A stretch of 64,000 nt of DNA from Thermoproteota archaeon (GCA_030550585.1 JAUQPB010000002.1:288001-352000); one strand, 5' to 3'; counted from the stretch's first letter, positions 10,309-21,641 are shown. Numbers and translations: made by a program. Notes: generated from the letters alone by a model not told the origin.

Positions 10309-10596
10309 ATGAACAGAGATAAGATTGTTGGAATAGCATTGATTGGAGGATCTGCAATAGTTGCAATTCTAGTAATCTACCTGCTGTTTTTAGCATCATA
10401 TGAAATCGCCATACTTACAATGAAGATAATAATAACGCTTGCAGTTGTTGTGCTTGCAGCTGTTGTTGGATGGATAGGCTACACACTAGCTACAACACCG
10501 CCTCCAAAGCCTATTGAGGAGATAGAAAAGGAGATTGAGGAAGAGCTTAAGAAGCTTGAGCAAGAACAGAAACAGCAGGAACAGAAGAAGGCTTAG
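10309..10596 (+). CDS. Small membrane protein with two TM helices and an acidic coiled-coil tail
   Basis: Two TM helices, then WIGYTLATTPPPKPIEEIEKEIEEEL. Confidence 0.8.
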   Translation: MNRDKIVGIALIGGSAIVAILVIYLLFLASYEIAILTMKIIITLAVVVLAAVVGWIGYTLATTPPPKPIEEIEKEIEEELKKLEQEQKQQEQKKA

Positions 10597-10660
10597 CTAC
10601 TTAATAGCGCACTAAACTTATAATCTTTTTAAATCTAGCTATTATAGAACGGGTTTTCTA

Positions 10661-13060
10661 ATGAGTGAAAAGATTATTAGTGTATATGTTCTTGACGCAA
10701 GCTATGAGGTTGTCGGGTCAGAGCCTCACATAGTGATATGGGGGGTTGATGATAGTGGTAACAGGGTTTTGCTGAGGGATAGGAGGTTCAGACCCTACTT
10801 CTATGCAATTATAGATGACTCGTATCTAGATAAACTCGATGTAATAAAATCTTCTGTGAAGAGGCTTAGCAAACCAAAATCGCCTATAACATCTGTTGAG
10901 GTTGTTGAGAAGAGGTTTATGGGGAAACCTGTTAAGGCCCTTAGAATAGAGACTGTCATACCAGAGTTTGTAAGGGAATATAGAAACGATGTTGCTAGGA
11001 TACCAGGGGTTAGAATGGTTGTTGAGGCTGATATAAGATTCTCTCTTAGGTATCTCATAGACAACGATATATATCCATGTACATGGCACAAGTTTAGAGT
11101 TGTCGAAAAGAGTAGGTCGCAGGAGTATAGAGTTGACAAAGAGTATGAGGTTCTAGAGGTTCTGGAGAGAGATGAAAGTAGGTTGATGCCGCCTAAACTC
11201 AAGGTTTTGGCTCTAGACATCGAGGTTTATAATCCTCGTGGCGCCCCCAAGCCCGATAGAGACCCCGTTATAATAATATCTCTTATGAATTCAGATAACG
11301 AGATTCTTCTTCTCCAGGCTCAGGGAAAAGATGACAGGCGTTTAATTCAAGAATTTATAGAATATGTGAATAGGTATGACCCCGACATAGTTGTTGGATA
11401 CAATTCAAGCAATTTTGATCTTCCGTATCTTGTTGAAAGAGCTAGGAAGCTTGGTCTGAGACTAGATATTTCTAGGAGGAGGGGTGTGGAGCCCTCCAAG
11501 AGCGTCTATGGCCATGTATCCATTCCTGGGAGGTTACATGTGGATCTCTATGACTATGCTGAGGAAATAGCAGAAATAAAGGTTAAGTCTCTTGACGAGG
11601 TTGCAGAATACTTTGGCGTTATGAAGAAGAGTGAGAGAAGGAATGTGCCGTGGTACGAGATCTACAAGTATTGGGATGACGAGAAGCTCAGACCTATTCT
11701 GCTGGAGTATGCTAGAGACGATGTTGTTTCGACTTATGGTATTGCTGAAAAGATTCTGCCATTTGCCATGCAGCTCTCAAGCATAACAGGTCTTCCACTA
11801 GATCAAGTTGGCTCTGCTAGTGTTGGGTTTAGACTCGAATGGTTTTTGCTTAGAATTGCCAGAATGAGGGGGGAGCTAGCACCTAACAGAGTTGAAAAAG
11901 AGTATGAGCCCTACAGAGGTGCGATAGTCTTAGAGCCTAAGAAGGGTGTTCACGAAAATATTTGTGTGTTGGATTTCTCGGCTATGTACCCAAGCATAAT
12001 GATGAAGTATAACATCGGGCCTGACACGCTTGTTCTAGGCGAGGAATGCAACGACTGTTTCGAGGCGCCTGAAACAGGCTATAAATTCTCTAAGAAGAGT
12101 GAGGCCTTCTTCAAAACAGCTCTAAACATTCTGGTGAATGCTAGGAAAACTGTGAGGGAGCTGATGAAGAAGCTGCCAGCTGAGTCTCCAGAGTATAGAA
12201 TACTTGATGCAAGACAGAGGGCCTTGAAGGTTCTTGCAAATGCTTGCTATGGTTATATGGCTTGGACAGGGGCTAGATGGTACTGCAAAGAGTGTGCAGA
12301 GGCTGTGGCAGACTTTGGCAGAGAGACCATTAGGAAGGCAATAACCTTTGCAAAAGGGCTTGGTCTAGAGGTGATATATGGAGATACAGACTCTCTGTTT
12401 GTGAAATACAATAAAGACTTTGTAGAGAAGTTTATAGAGGTTGTTGAGAAGGAGCTTGGGCTTGAGATAAAGATTGACAAAATCTATCAGAGGGTGTTCT
12501 TCACAGAAGCCAAAAAGAGATACATTGGCTTAACAGAGGATGGTAGAATAGATGTTGTTGGGTTTGAGGCTGTTCGTGGGGACTGGGCAGAGATAGCCAA
12601 GGAGATGCAGGAGAGGGTTGCTGAGATAATCCTCAAGACAATGGACCACAGAAAGGCTATAGAGCTTGTAAAAGATGAGATTGAGAAGATTAGAAAACTG
12701 GTATCTCAGAATGCAATAGACCTTCAAAAGTTTGTTATATGGAAGACCATCACAAAGCCTATTAGTGAATACGAGGTTGAGGCACCTCATGTAACAGCAG
12801 CTAAATATCTTATTAAGAGTGGGTATAGTGTTGAGGTCGGGGATAAGATAGGGTATGTGATTGTGAAGGGAGTTGGAAAAATATCTGATAGAGCGAGACC
12901 GTATATGATGGTCGATGCCAAGGATCTGGACATAGACTACTACATCGAGCATCAGATAGTCCCGGCTGTGCTTAGAATATTAGAATACTTTGGTGTTAGT
13001 GAGAAGCATTTGAAAAGTATTGGAAAAGCTGGAAAGTCTTTGTTTGACTACAAAAAGTGA
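10661..13060 (+). CDS. polB: Family B DNA polymerase (PolB3 type), no intein
   Basis: DIE exonuclease motif, YNSSNFD, DFSAMYPS, KVLANACYGY, YGDTDS, KKRY; C-terminal PIP-like KSLFDY. Confidence 0.97.
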   Translation: MSEKIISVYVLDASYEVVGSEPHIVIWGVDDSGNRVLLRDRRFRPYFYAIIDDSYLDKLDVIKSSVKRLSKPKSPITSVEVVEKRFMGKPVKALRIETVIPEFVREYRNDVARIPGVRMVVEADIRFSLRYLIDNDIYPCTWHKFRVVEKSRSQEYRVDKEYEVLEVLERDESRLMPPKLKVLALDIEVYNPRGAPKPDRDPVIIISLMNSDNEILLLQAQGKDDRRLIQEFIEYVNRYDPDIVVGYNSSNFDLPYLVERARKLGLRLDISRRRGVEPSKSVYGHVSIPGRLHVDLYDYAEEIAEIKVKSLDEVAEYFGVMKKSERRNVPWYEIYKYWDDEKLRPILLEYARDDVVSTYGIAEKILPFAMQLSSITGLPLDQVGSASVGFRLEWFLLRIARMRGELAPNRVEKEYEPYRGAIVLEPKKGVHENICVLDFSAMYPSIMMKYNIGPDTLVLGEECNDCFEAPETGYKFSKKSEAFFKTALNILVNARKTVRELMKKLPAESPEYRILDARQRALKVLANACYGYMAWTGARWYCKECAEAVADFGRETIRKAITFAKGLGLEVIYGDTDSLFVKYNKDFVEKFIEVVEKELGLEIKIDKIYQRVFFTEAKKRYIGLTEDGRIDVVGFEAVRGDWAEIAKEMQERVAEIILKTMDHRKAIELVKDEIEKIRKLVSQNAIDLQKFVIWKTITKPISEYEVEAPHVTAAKYLIKSGYSVEVGDKIGYVIVKGVGKISDRARPYMMVDAKDLDIDYYIEHQIVPAVLRILEYFGVSEKHLKSIGKAGKSLFDYKK

Positions 13061-13065
13061 TTAGA

Positions 13066-14352
13066 TTACGATGCTAAGCTGAAAATGTCTTGGAATGTGA
13101 CAACAAATACATTATCAGGCTTTTTACTGACATTGCCTATTCTAACGCCGAGAACAAGCTTAACACCCTTCTCAGAAGCTGTATCCAAAAGCCTCTGCGT
13201 TATCACGCCATCGAATACAATCGCCTGTACCTTGCCATAGTCCATCTGCTGAAGCTTCTCGACAAGATCCCTCACAGGAATTCTTTCAATAACATTCCAA
13301 TTACTGTCGAAAAGCAGCGCCTCTAGAGTGCCAACCAGTTTCTTACCTTCTTCAATAATTTTCAAAGGCATCTCGAAACCTGTAGCAGGTTTGGCTTCTG
13401 TCACCACAGTTGCCGGCGTAGGTGGTTTGACCTCTGTTGCTTCAGGCACTTGTGCAGTTGCTTGTGGCTGGGGTTGTGCGGCAACAGCTTCAGCTGTTTG
13501 TGGTGCTTGCTTGGCTTCTGCCTCAACTTTCTTCTCTATGCTTTCGAGAAACTGTTTAGCTGGGATAAGGTTTTTCAGTGCCTTGGCTATCTCTTTGCCT
13601 GTTAGCTCCTCAACTTCTTTGCCTTGTGGTGCTCTTGTCACATAGTCTATGTCGGCTACCTTGATAACCTCTCTAGCTATGAGCTCTCCGGCTCTGTCAC
13701 CATCAACAAAGAGTATGGCTGTTTTTCTAGCAGCTAATTTAACTATGCTTTCTGGAACCTTAGAGCCGTGTGCACCCTCTAATGCAATCACATTTCTGTA
13801 GCCATATCTCAGCATGTTTAATACATCTGCTCTTCCCTCAACAATTATAATTGTATCGGCGGAGTCTACATCTGGACCTGCAGGAAGTTTCTCAGGCCCA
13901 TAGTACATAAGCTCTGCTATTCTAACACCCTCGCTTATCTTATTCAGAATCTCTTTTATGTCAGGAGCTTTCTCGACAAAGTATTTTCTTGCTATTTCGC
14001 TTGCCCTCTCCATGATCTTCTTAAGCTTTTCTGCACGAACATCGACGATATCTATGATTTGTATTCTTGCTTGGTATGGTCCAACCTTCTCAACATTTTC
14101 TATTAGTGCGGCTAGAAGTGCTGTCTCTATTCTGTCTAGATTTGATGGTATCAACACCTCTCCAACTGTCTTACCCTTCTCAGTCTTTATCTCAACACTA
14201 ATTCTACCTATCCTCCCCTTGTCCTGCAAGTCTCTGAGATCGAATTCTTCTCCAAATATACCCTCTGTGAACCCGAAGATAGCGCCAATTATATCTGATT
14301 TCTCAACCTCTCCGTCAATCTCTATCTTAGCTCTAATAACATATTTTGCCAT
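13066..14352 (-). CDS. dnaG: Archaeal DnaG-like protein (TOPRIM, exosome-associated)
   Basis: GAIFG.TEG, LQDKGRIGRI, VEGRADV and DGDRAG motifs; GGTGAGG RBS. Confidence 0.95.
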   Translation of the reverse strand: MAKYVIRAKIEIDGEVEKSDIIGAIFGFTEGIFGEEFDLRDLQDKGRIGRISVEIKTEKGKTVGEVLIPSNLDRIETALLAALIENVEKVGPYQARIQIIDIVDVRAEKLKKIMERASEIARKYFVEKAPDIKEILNKISEGVRIAELMYYGPEKLPAGPDVDSADTIIIVEGRADVLNMLRYGYRNVIALEGAHGSKVPESIVKLAARKTAILFVDGDRAGELIAREVIKVADIDYVTRAPQGKEVEELTGKEIAKALKNLIPAKQFLESIEKKVEAEAKQAPQTAEAVAAQPQPQATAQVPEATEVKPPTPATVVTEAKPATGFEMPLKIIEEGKKLVGTLEALLFDSNWNVIERIPVRDLVEKLQQMDYGKVQAIVFDGVITQRLLDTASEKGVKLVLGVRIGNVSKKPDNVFVVTFQDIFSLAS

Positions 14353-14378
14353 TGTCCCTCACCAAACCGTTTCACTAT

Positions 14379-15461
14379 CTATCTTGTGACGCTCTGACTT
14401 ATTTTTTCGAGTTCTAGCCAAAGCTCTTTCTCACTTTGTAGCACAGATCTAATTGGGCTCACAATCTTTATAAGTTCATTTGCTACTGCGTTTTTTAGAT
14501 CTAGGGGATGCAGAGCACCTTCTCTGTACAGTTTCTCAAGCTCTTCATAGCTGTAAACCTCTATTGTACCTCCATGCTCGGGCTTCCTCTCTATAACAAA
14601 CCTTCTGCTACCCTGGGCAAATATTATATGCTTTGCAATTGCCATTACAGGGTTTGTATCAACTTCTCTAGGAGGGCAATAAGCACCTCTAATCTTCTTA
14701 GCTATTGTGTTGTCATCATCTGTTAGAAATATTGCTTCTTCTGGTTTAGACTTGCTCATCTTAATTTCTGAGAGAGCGTCGTCAATCTCAATAGAGGCAT
14801 CCATTTTTGTAGAGCCTCTTAGAGAGGGTAGAAGTGGTGTGTGTATTGCTATAGGCTTTTTATACCCAAGCTTTTCAGCAACATCTCTTGCAAGCATGTG
14901 GGCCTTTCTCTGATCCATGCCACCCAAAGCTATATCCAAATCCATTTGGAATATGTCGGCAACCTGCATGAGTGGGTAGATGAGTTTCGAGAAGTCTAGC
15001 TCTCCCTCGCTGGCCTTCCTTCCCATTATTGTCAACGCTCTTTTCACCCTACTCAAACTGGTTTGCTTGGCTATCCTAATTATCTTCTCCCAGTATTCAA
15101 CTCTTTCAACAAGCTCCTCAGCATAAACCACTTTCACTCTTGACATGTTAACGCCTATAGCCTCTAAAACCCTTGCAACATGTTTTGCAGCAGCTCTTAT
15201 GAGCTCCATGTTCCCCCCAAGCTTATCGTTTATCCATGCATGCCACGTAGCGGCAAACAGAATCATTTCAACACCTGCATCGACAAGATCCTTGAATTTG
15301 AACATCCATATGAGCCAACCGATATGGCTAATGCCGCTTGGCTCGAAACCTATATACCCTCTAAGTCTTCTACCCTCTTCAAATGCCTTTCTAAGCTCCT
15401 CCTCAGTTACAATCTCCATAACATTTCTTTTAACAAGTGTAAGCCTCGTCTCCAAATCCAT
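14379..15461 (-). CDS. tyrS: Tyrosyl-tRNA synthetase
   Basis: YIGFEPSG, HIGW, YPLMQVAD, GGMDQRK and KMSKS motifs. Confidence 0.96.
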   Translation of the reverse strand: MDLETRLTLVKRNVMEIVTEEELRKAFEEGRRLRGYIGFEPSGISHIGWLIWMFKFKDLVDAGVEMILFAATWHAWINDKLGGNMELIRAAAKHVARVLEAIGVNMSRVKVVYAEELVERVEYWEKIIRIAKQTSLSRVKRALTIMGRKASEGELDFSKLIYPLMQVADIFQMDLDIALGGMDQRKAHMLARDVAEKLGYKKPIAIHTPLLPSLRGSTKMDASIEIDDALSEIKMSKSKPEEAIFLTDDDNTIAKKIRGAYCPPREVDTNPVMAIAKHIIFAQGSRRFVIERKPEHGGTIEVYSYEELEKLYREGALHPLDLKNAVANELIKIVSPIRSVLQSEKELWLELEKISQSVTR

Positions 15462-15480
15462 AGGAAAGACCTTCTACTAT

Positions 15481-17142
15481 TTACCTACTGATTAACTTGT
15501 GTAATATGTTTATAGATACTTCGGCTAAGGTGATCGGATATAGTATACCTAGTTTCTCAAGCTTCTCCGGGCTCACCTCCCCCAAAAAACCGACAAGCCT
15601 CTCCCCAATATACACATCAGCACATCTGCCCTTCGTAAACATGCTGATATTGCACGGCTTTAGAGCCAACATTTTGTCCAATCCAAGCTCTCTAGCGATA
15701 GTATATAGAGTTGCATGCATCTCCTCAAACCTCGTCTCGCTATCCATTATAGCCCAGCAAGCCCTCAACTCATTTCTCCACCTATTGTAGCATTCGCTAC
15801 ATTCTGCAACAACCTCCCCAATCTCAAAGACCTTAACAGGCTGTGGGGCATACTGAGAGTTTCTCAAAATGTTTATTATGGACTCTGCCAAGGCTGTTCG
15901 TAAAGCGTTTATCTCATTCGACGGTGCATTAACAACTATAGGCGTTTTTTCGAGCCCTAAAACCTCTGCGATTTGCTGGGGTATTAGAGTCAATGTGTTT
16001 AGCTCTACAAATCCAAGTCCGATCAAGACATCTCTTATGATGTTCGCAACATCTCTTCGACTAACACCTCTTCTTGCAATAGGCTTTGGCTCAATTTCTG
16101 CGAATCCAAGCTCCTCATAGCCTATGCCTATCGCTATATCCTCTACAACATCAACTGGATGTAGAATGTCTATTCTATAGTATGGCACCATGACAGCTAT
16201 TCTATTGCTATCCACACTATCTACTCTATAGCCCATCCTCTCCAAAGCCTTTCTAACCATCTCCACATCTCTGCCAGCGTCAATGCCAAGCCACATAGAT
16301 ACAAACCCTAGATCCAGCTCCATTTTCCTCGGTCTTATGCTAGGTGTTACAATTTCCTTATCTGGATACCTAATTACCGCGCCTAGAACCTCTCCACCGT
16401 AGAATGTCAGGGAATGTATTATTGTGTTCAACACATTGTTGACAGATTCAAAGTCTGTTCCAGTAACGTCTATCAGAATGTTTCTACTACCCTCTGTCAA
16501 TCTAGTGATATCACTGTTTATTACAGGTGGCAAGGAGATGACCTTTCCATCTGATAATATTGCTGGGTGCATTGAGCCGTTCAGAGAGAGCGAGCCGTAG
16601 AGCCTTCCCTGCTCGGTTAACGACAGAACATCTCTTATGCTAAACTCTCTATAGTCGTGCAGGGGTATCATGGTTGTCTTGTCTATGTCAACATCTTTGT
16701 ATATAAGTGTTGTTGATGGCAGTTTATCTAGATCGTGTAGACCTATGGCAACCTTTCTTCGCCCTCTACCAAATGTTGTGTGTAGCCTCTCCTGGAATTC
16801 TATCAATAGCTTTAGCCGCTCCTCATCGAGTTTAACATTTGTTACAGCTGCAACAGCTATATAGGGTCTTTTCTTGGGTGGCTCAACAAATACTTTGAAT
16901 GGGCAGCTCTTTAGAGATGGCTCGGAATATCTGTCTAGCCCCATATACATTCTAACAGCTTTTGATATTCCCTCAACAGAGAACATGTCTATTCGATCGC
17001 TTTGAACCTCTACAGCTATAGTATCCCCCTCCTCAATCTCCGTTTCACACTTCAGCCTAAACAGAATATCCCTCAGTTTGTCAATGTCTGAGATCCCGGT
17101 CATCTCCATTAGAAGACCTGTTCTAGCTCTGACCACAGGCAT
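15481..17142 (-). CDS. pheT: Phenylalanyl-tRNA synthetase beta subunit
   Basis: DRIDMFSVEG, RRKVAIGLHD, SLPPVINS and R.DILHPVDVVEDIAI motifs. Confidence 0.95.
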   Translation of the reverse strand: MPVVRARTGLLMEMTGISDIDKLRDILFRLKCETEIEEGDTIAVEVQSDRIDMFSVEGISKAVRMYMGLDRYSEPSLKSCPFKVFVEPPKKRPYIAVAAVTNVKLDEERLKLLIEFQERLHTTFGRGRRKVAIGLHDLDKLPSTTLIYKDVDIDKTTMIPLHDYREFSIRDVLSLTEQGRLYGSLSLNGSMHPAILSDGKVISLPPVINSDITRLTEGSRNILIDVTGTDFESVNNVLNTIIHSLTFYGGEVLGAVIRYPDKEIVTPSIRPRKMELDLGFVSMWLGIDAGRDVEMVRKALERMGYRVDSVDSNRIAVMVPYYRIDILHPVDVVEDIAIGIGYEELGFAEIEPKPIARRGVSRRDVANIIRDVLIGLGFVELNTLTLIPQQIAEVLGLEKTPIVVNAPSNEINALRTALAESIINILRNSQYAPQPVKVFEIGEVVAECSECYNRWRNELRACWAIMDSETRFEEMHATLYTIARELGLDKMLALKPCNISMFTKGRCADVYIGERLVGFLGEVSPEKLEKLGILYPITLAEVSINILHKLISR

Positions 17143-17148
17143 ATTGCA

Positions 17149-18645
17149 CTACCTCATATACAACCTTTTGACGTATGGAAATGTCCTTGTGAATTCGATG
17201 TCTTTAGAGAATAGAAGCCTTATATCATCGATTCCATATACAACCATAGCCAGTCTCTCCACCCCCATTCCCCACGCCCCAACAGGCGTATCAACACCTA
17301 GGATCTCCAGAACCTCTGGTCTGAACATCCCAGCCCCAAAAACCTCTATCCAGCCATATCCGGGGACATACCCATAGCCCTCAACACTAGGCTCTGTAAA
17401 TGGGAAGTAAGCTGGCTTGAATCTAAACTTTTCTATCCCTATAGCCCTCAGGATCTGGGCTAGCAAGCCCAGAAGCTTCCTAAAGTTGAATCCACGCTCC
17501 ATTATAACCCCATCAAAGTTTGTGAACTCTGGCGAGTGTCTAGGGTCTGGGTTATCTCTTCGGAAAACCCTCGCTATTGTGTATAGTCTTGCCGGAGGCT
17601 TTCTATTGATTAAATGCCTTGCTGTCACAGCTGTTGTATGTGATCTCAGTATAAGCTTAGATGCTTTCTCGTAAGACCACCTGTATCTCCATCCAATGCT
17701 TCCACAGCTTCCACCAGTTTCATGAACAGCCCTAGTCCTTTCAACAACATCTCTAAACATGGATAGATCTGCATAGCCCTCAACAACAAGTATATCGTGA
17801 ATATCTCTTGATGGGTGATCCTGTGCCTGGAACAGTATGTCAAAGTTCCACAGCTCGGGCACTATATAGTCGTCGTCTATCTCCTCGAACCCCAGATCCT
17901 CCATAACATCTCTTATCATATCGACAAACTCTTTGAAGAAATGCTTCTTTCCTGGGTATATCGCTGGGGGCAGGGCATCCAAGTTATAGGCTTTGAATAC
18001 AAAGTTTCTCCAGCTACCGGTTGCAAGCATGTCGTGTGTTAGCTTTGAGGCAGCCGGTTTTTGGTTTACAAGCTTTGCAGCATCTTCATATGGTATAGCA
18101 AGTTTGACAACTCTTCTCTTAGACGGTGAAACATTTATGAGTTTCCTCTTAACAAGCTCTTGGAATACAGCATCATTTTTAATGTTCTCATCGACCTCTC
18201 TTGCATTTGAAAATAGTGTAAGCATCTCCCTATGTTTTTCAAGAGGTGTGAAGCTCTGTAGTTTTATAATTCCCTTCTCTATCCTTATCCAGCCCCTTCT
18301 AACAGCCCAGCTAATACCTATAGACGCTATAGACTCTCCCAACACACTTCTAACATCCTCGATGCTTGTCGAGCCACCGCGGCTCCTCACAAACTCGGCA
18401 ACCTTCTCCTCTGGCAAAGCCTCTATGTATGAAAGCCCCTCCTCAGTTGTCTTGCCTATGTAGACGATATGCTCTTCCACCACAACAATGCCTTTTGATT
18501 TGAGAAGCTCCACTATAGAGTTCAGACCCTCTACACTAAGCCCAGTTTCTCTCGCCAATTCGTCGAGTTCTATAGGCTTGTTAAGCTCAACAATTTTTTT
18601 GAGTACATCGAATTCGCTTTTAGATAACTGTATCTCTAAAACAAT
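17149..18645 (-). CDS. pheS: Phenylalanyl-tRNA synthetase alpha subunit; probable non-canonical start ATT (18645) or ATA (18648)
   Basis: WNFD.LF..QDHPSRD, LRSHTT, YFPFTEPS, GMFRPE and WGMGVERLAM motifs; frame open upstream of the TTG at 18558. Confidence 0.95.
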   Translation of the reverse strand: MVLEIQLSKSEFDVLKKIVELNKPIELDELARETGLSVEGLNSIVELLKSKGIVVVEEHIVYIGKTTEEGLSYIEALPEEKVAEFVRSRGGSTSIEDVRSVLGESIASIGISWAVRRGWIRIEKGIIKLQSFTPLEKHREMLTLFSNAREVDENIKNDAVFQELVKRKLINVSPSKRRVVKLAIPYEDAAKLVNQKPAASKLTHDMLATGSWRNFVFKAYNLDALPPAIYPGKKHFFKEFVDMIRDVMEDLGFEEIDDDYIVPELWNFDILFQAQDHPSRDIHDILVVEGYADLSMFRDVVERTRAVHETGGSCGSIGWRYRWSYEKASKLILRSHTTAVTARHLINRKPPARLYTIARVFRRDNPDPRHSPEFTNFDGVIMERGFNFRKLLGLLAQILRAIGIEKFRFKPAYFPFTEPSVEGYGYVPGYGWIEVFGAGMFRPEVLEILGVDTPVGAWGMGVERLAMVVYGIDDIRLLFSKDIEFTRTFPYVKRLYMR

Positions 18646-18794
18646 TATGGATGCACCACTGCAAATCCTATTTGGCTGTATACATCTATGCCTAGGAATA
18701 GCTTTTTATCTTTTATTGCTAAAACCCATCTGGGCTAAATACAAATGTTTCAAACATTGCCAAAGATTTAAAATGCTTAAACAGTCTAAGCCTT

Positions 18795-19832
18795 GTGGGC
18801 ATGCCTAACATGTCTGCCAAGCTACCACCAAATATGCTACTCAAATACATCTTTAGTAGAGTGGGCTCAAGAGACCCCTCAGTTATTGTAGGTCCCTCGA
18901 TAGGCGAGGACGCAGCCATAATCGATATTGGCGGCGGTAGGGTGTTAGCCGTTCATGCAGATCCTATAACAGGTGCTGTAGAGCACATTGGCTGGCTGTC
19001 TGTGCATATAGCATGCAACGATATTGCTGTTAGAGGTGCTAGACCCAAGTGGCTTGTGCCAGTGATTCTCTTGCCACAGTCAGCTGGCGACAAACTTGTA
19101 GACGAGATTTCTAGGCAAATGGATGAGGCAGCCAACGAGGTTGGCGCAATGATTGTTGGCGGCCATACAGAGTTTACTTTGGGTCTTTCAAGACCCATAA
19201 TATCTGTGACTGCCATTGGAGTTGCAGATAAGAGTCGGATTGTTGTAACAAGTGGCGCTAGAGTTGGAGACGCTGTTATAATGACCAAGACTGTTGGTGT
19301 TGAGGGCACAGCTATACTGTCAACAGATTTCAGAGATGTTTTACGCGGCTTAGGCGTTTCTGAAGATGTTCTGAAGAGAGGGAGGGAGTTCATCAAAAAG
19401 GTGAGTATAGTTAAGGAAGCGCTTGCACTAGCTGAGGCAGGGCTGGCAACATCTATGCATGATCCGACAGAAGGTGGCTTGGTTGGAGGCTTAGCCGAGA
19501 TTGCATACGCATCTAGGAAAACCATTGAGATATGGGAAGACAGGGTACCTATAGCCGCAGAGACCAGAATAATAGCTAGTGCGCTTAAAATAGATCCGCT
19601 GAAACTAATAGGCTCTGGATCGCTGGTGGCAACTATTCCAGAGGACAGGGTGTCCAAGGCTATAGAGATTCTCAGAGCCCTAGGAGTTGAAGCAACTGTT
19701 ATAGGAAGGGTTTTAGATGCTAGTGACTCCTATGTCGTTATACATAAGAGGGGTGGGGGCATAGAGAAGGTAACAGATGTGTACATTAGAGACGAGATAT
19801 ATACTGTTTGGGAGCGTTTGCAAGGCAAGTGA
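18795..19832 (+). CDS. AIR-synthase-related (PurM/HypE/ThiL superfamily) protein
   Basis: GEDAA, DPITGA, NDIAV.GA.P, GGHTE and MHDPTEGG motifs. Confidence 0.88.
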   Translation: MGMPNMSAKLPPNMLLKYIFSRVGSRDPSVIVGPSIGEDAAIIDIGGGRVLAVHADPITGAVEHIGWLSVHIACNDIAVRGARPKWLVPVILLPQSAGDKLVDEISRQMDEAANEVGAMIVGGHTEFTLGLSRPIISVTAIGVADKSRIVVTSGARVGDAVIMTKTVGVEGTAILSTDFRDVLRGLGVSEDVLKRGREFIKKVSIVKEALALAEAGLATSMHDPTEGGLVGGLAEIAYASRKTIEIWEDRVPIAAETRIIASALKIDPLKLIGSGSLVATIPEDRVSKAIEILRALGVEATVIGRVLDASDSYVVIHKRGGGIEKVTDVYIRDEIYTVWERLQGK

Positions 19833-20032
19833 GTTAAAGAATCATAGAGAACCCACGTCGATGGCCCCACAATTAACGATAATTTTGCGTATCTCATATT
19901 CTCTACATTTCTAGATGGTTCTTTGCCACAATTGTTTTATAGATGTTAAAATATACATTGTCTGTGTAAATAACTTGTTTTTAAATCTTGCATGTATTTA
20001 ATATATAACTAAGTAGATTTGTGGCGATGCCT

Positions 20033-20512
20033 ATGCCGAAGGTTGCTGTTATAATGGGTAGTAAGAATGATTGGGAGTATATGAAGGAGGCTGTCGAGGT
20101 TCTTAGGCAGTTTGGTGTTGAGGTAGAGGCAAGGGTTGTTTCTGCGCATAGAACACCCGAGTTCATGTTCGAATTCGCTAAAACAGCTGCTGAGAAGGGC
20201 TTCGAGGTTATAATTGCCGGTGCTGGTGGTGCAGCGCATCTCCCTGGAATGGTTGCATCGCTAACCCACCTACCTGTGATTGGGGTTCCCATACCCTCTA
20301 AACATTTGAATGGTCTGGACTCTCTCTTATCAATTGTTCAGATGCCCTATGGAACCCCTGTTGCAACTGTCGCCATAGGCGGTGCTCGAAATGCTGCTCT
20401 ACTTGCTTTGAGGATTCTGGGTATAAAGTATCCTGAGATTGCAGAAAAGCTGAAGAGGTTTGCGGAGGAGATGAAAAATGAAGTTCTTTCTACAAGACTT
20501 GAGCAGAGTTAG
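20033..20512 (+). CDS. purE: N5-CAIR mutase
   Basis: [25 protein letters not shown] and SIVQMP motifs. Confidence 0.96.
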   Translation: MPKVAVIMGSKNDWEYMKEAVEVLRQFGVEVEARVVSAHRTPEFMFEFAKTAAEKGFEVIIAGAGGAAHLPGMVASLTHLPVIGVPIPSKHLNGLDSLLSIVQMPYGTPVATVAIGGARNAALLALRILGIKYPEIAEKLKRFAEEMKNEVLSTRLEQS

Positions 20513-21599
20513 AGTTGGTATTCTTGGTGGTGGACAGCTAGGGTGGATGATGGTTCTAGAGGGTAGGAAATACCCACTGAAATTCTATGTCATGGACTCT
20601 CCAGAAGCTCCAGCCTGTAAAGTTGCTGACAGGTGTTTCAAGCCTGATGAGTATAAGGAGATGATAGACTCTGTAGATGTTGTGACCTTCGAGTTTGAGC
20701 ATGTATACGAAGAAGCCCTTAGATACGCATATGAAAAAGACAAGCTTCTGCCAACTATTGAGAGTGTTGAGCTTAAGAGACAGCGGTGGAAGGAGAGAGT
20801 ATTCTACAAAGAACATGGCATACCAACGCCAAGATTCTTCATAGCACATGATGTGGAGGAGGTATATAGAATAGCGAAAAACGAGTTCGACTACAAATGC
20901 GTTATCAAGCAGTCGACAGGTGGCTACGACGGAAAGGGGCAATTCTTCATAAAGTCTAAAAACGATTTGGACAGTAGCATAGATGTCATTAAAAAGATTT
21001 CAGATGTCTTCGTAGTTGAGGAGTTTGTGGAATTCGACTACGAGGCATCTATAATAGCTATTAGAACATTTGATGGGGTGTTCAAAACATATCCGCCAAC
21101 GTATAACCGCAATGAGAAGGGAATTCTGGTGTACAACTATGGTCCAATAAGCAATACATATATATCGATGAAGATGGTCGAAATAGCTAAGAGACTAGCA
21201 GACTCTCTAAACTATGTCGGTGTCATGGGGATAGAATTCTTTGTCAGAGGAGATGAGGTGCTTGTAAACGAGTTTGCGCCAAGAGTACACAACACAGGAC
21301 ACTACACACTAGACGCTGCATTCACATCCCAATTCGAAAACCATGTAAGAGCGTTGCTAGGGCTAGAAATAGGCGAGACAAAGCTCCTTTCATGCGGGGG
21401 TATGGTAAACATCTTAGGACTTGCCAACCCACCACTAGAGGTTCTGAAATACGGGAAGCTATACTGGTATGGGAAAAACGAGGCTAGAAAAAGAAGGAAA
21501 ATGGGACATGTAAACATAGTTGGAGAAACACTAGAGGAGGTTAAAAACAAGATTGATAAGGTGATGGAGTTGCTATATCCAAATGGACTAGATCTATAG
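20478..21599 (+). CDS. purK: N5-CAIR synthetase
   Basis: [30 protein letters not shown] and RKMGH motifs. Confidence 0.95.
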   Translation: MKFFLQDLSRVRVGILGGGQLGWMMVLEGRKYPLKFYVMDSPEAPACKVADRCFKPDEYKEMIDSVDVVTFEFEHVYEEALRYAYEKDKLLPTIESVELKRQRWKERVFYKEHGIPTPRFFIAHDVEEVYRIAKNEFDYKCVIKQSTGGYDGKGQFFIKSKNDLDSSIDVIKKISDVFVVEEFVEFDYEASIIAIRTFDGVFKTYPPTYNRNEKGILVYNYGPISNTYISMKMVEIAKRLADSLNYVGVMGIEFFVRGDEVLVNEFAPRVHNTGHYTLDAAFTSQFENHVRALLGLEIGETKLLSCGGMVNILGLANPPLEVLKYGKLYWYGKNEARKRRKMGHVNIVGETLEEVKNKIDKVMELLYPNGLDL

Positions 21600-21641
21600 A
21601 ATAAGGCATATAAACCAAAATTCCACAAATCTAAATTGAAC

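Noticed and set aside
13380-13530. Ala/Pro/Gln/Thr-rich segment in DnaG as an insertion or intein
   Set aside because: No splice motifs; it is a variable low-complexity linker
18953-19657. Long antisense ORFs (also 27912-28601, 2367-2894, 56315-56857, 21778-22191)
   Set aside because: They are shadows of well-supported genes on the opposite strand and carry no motifs
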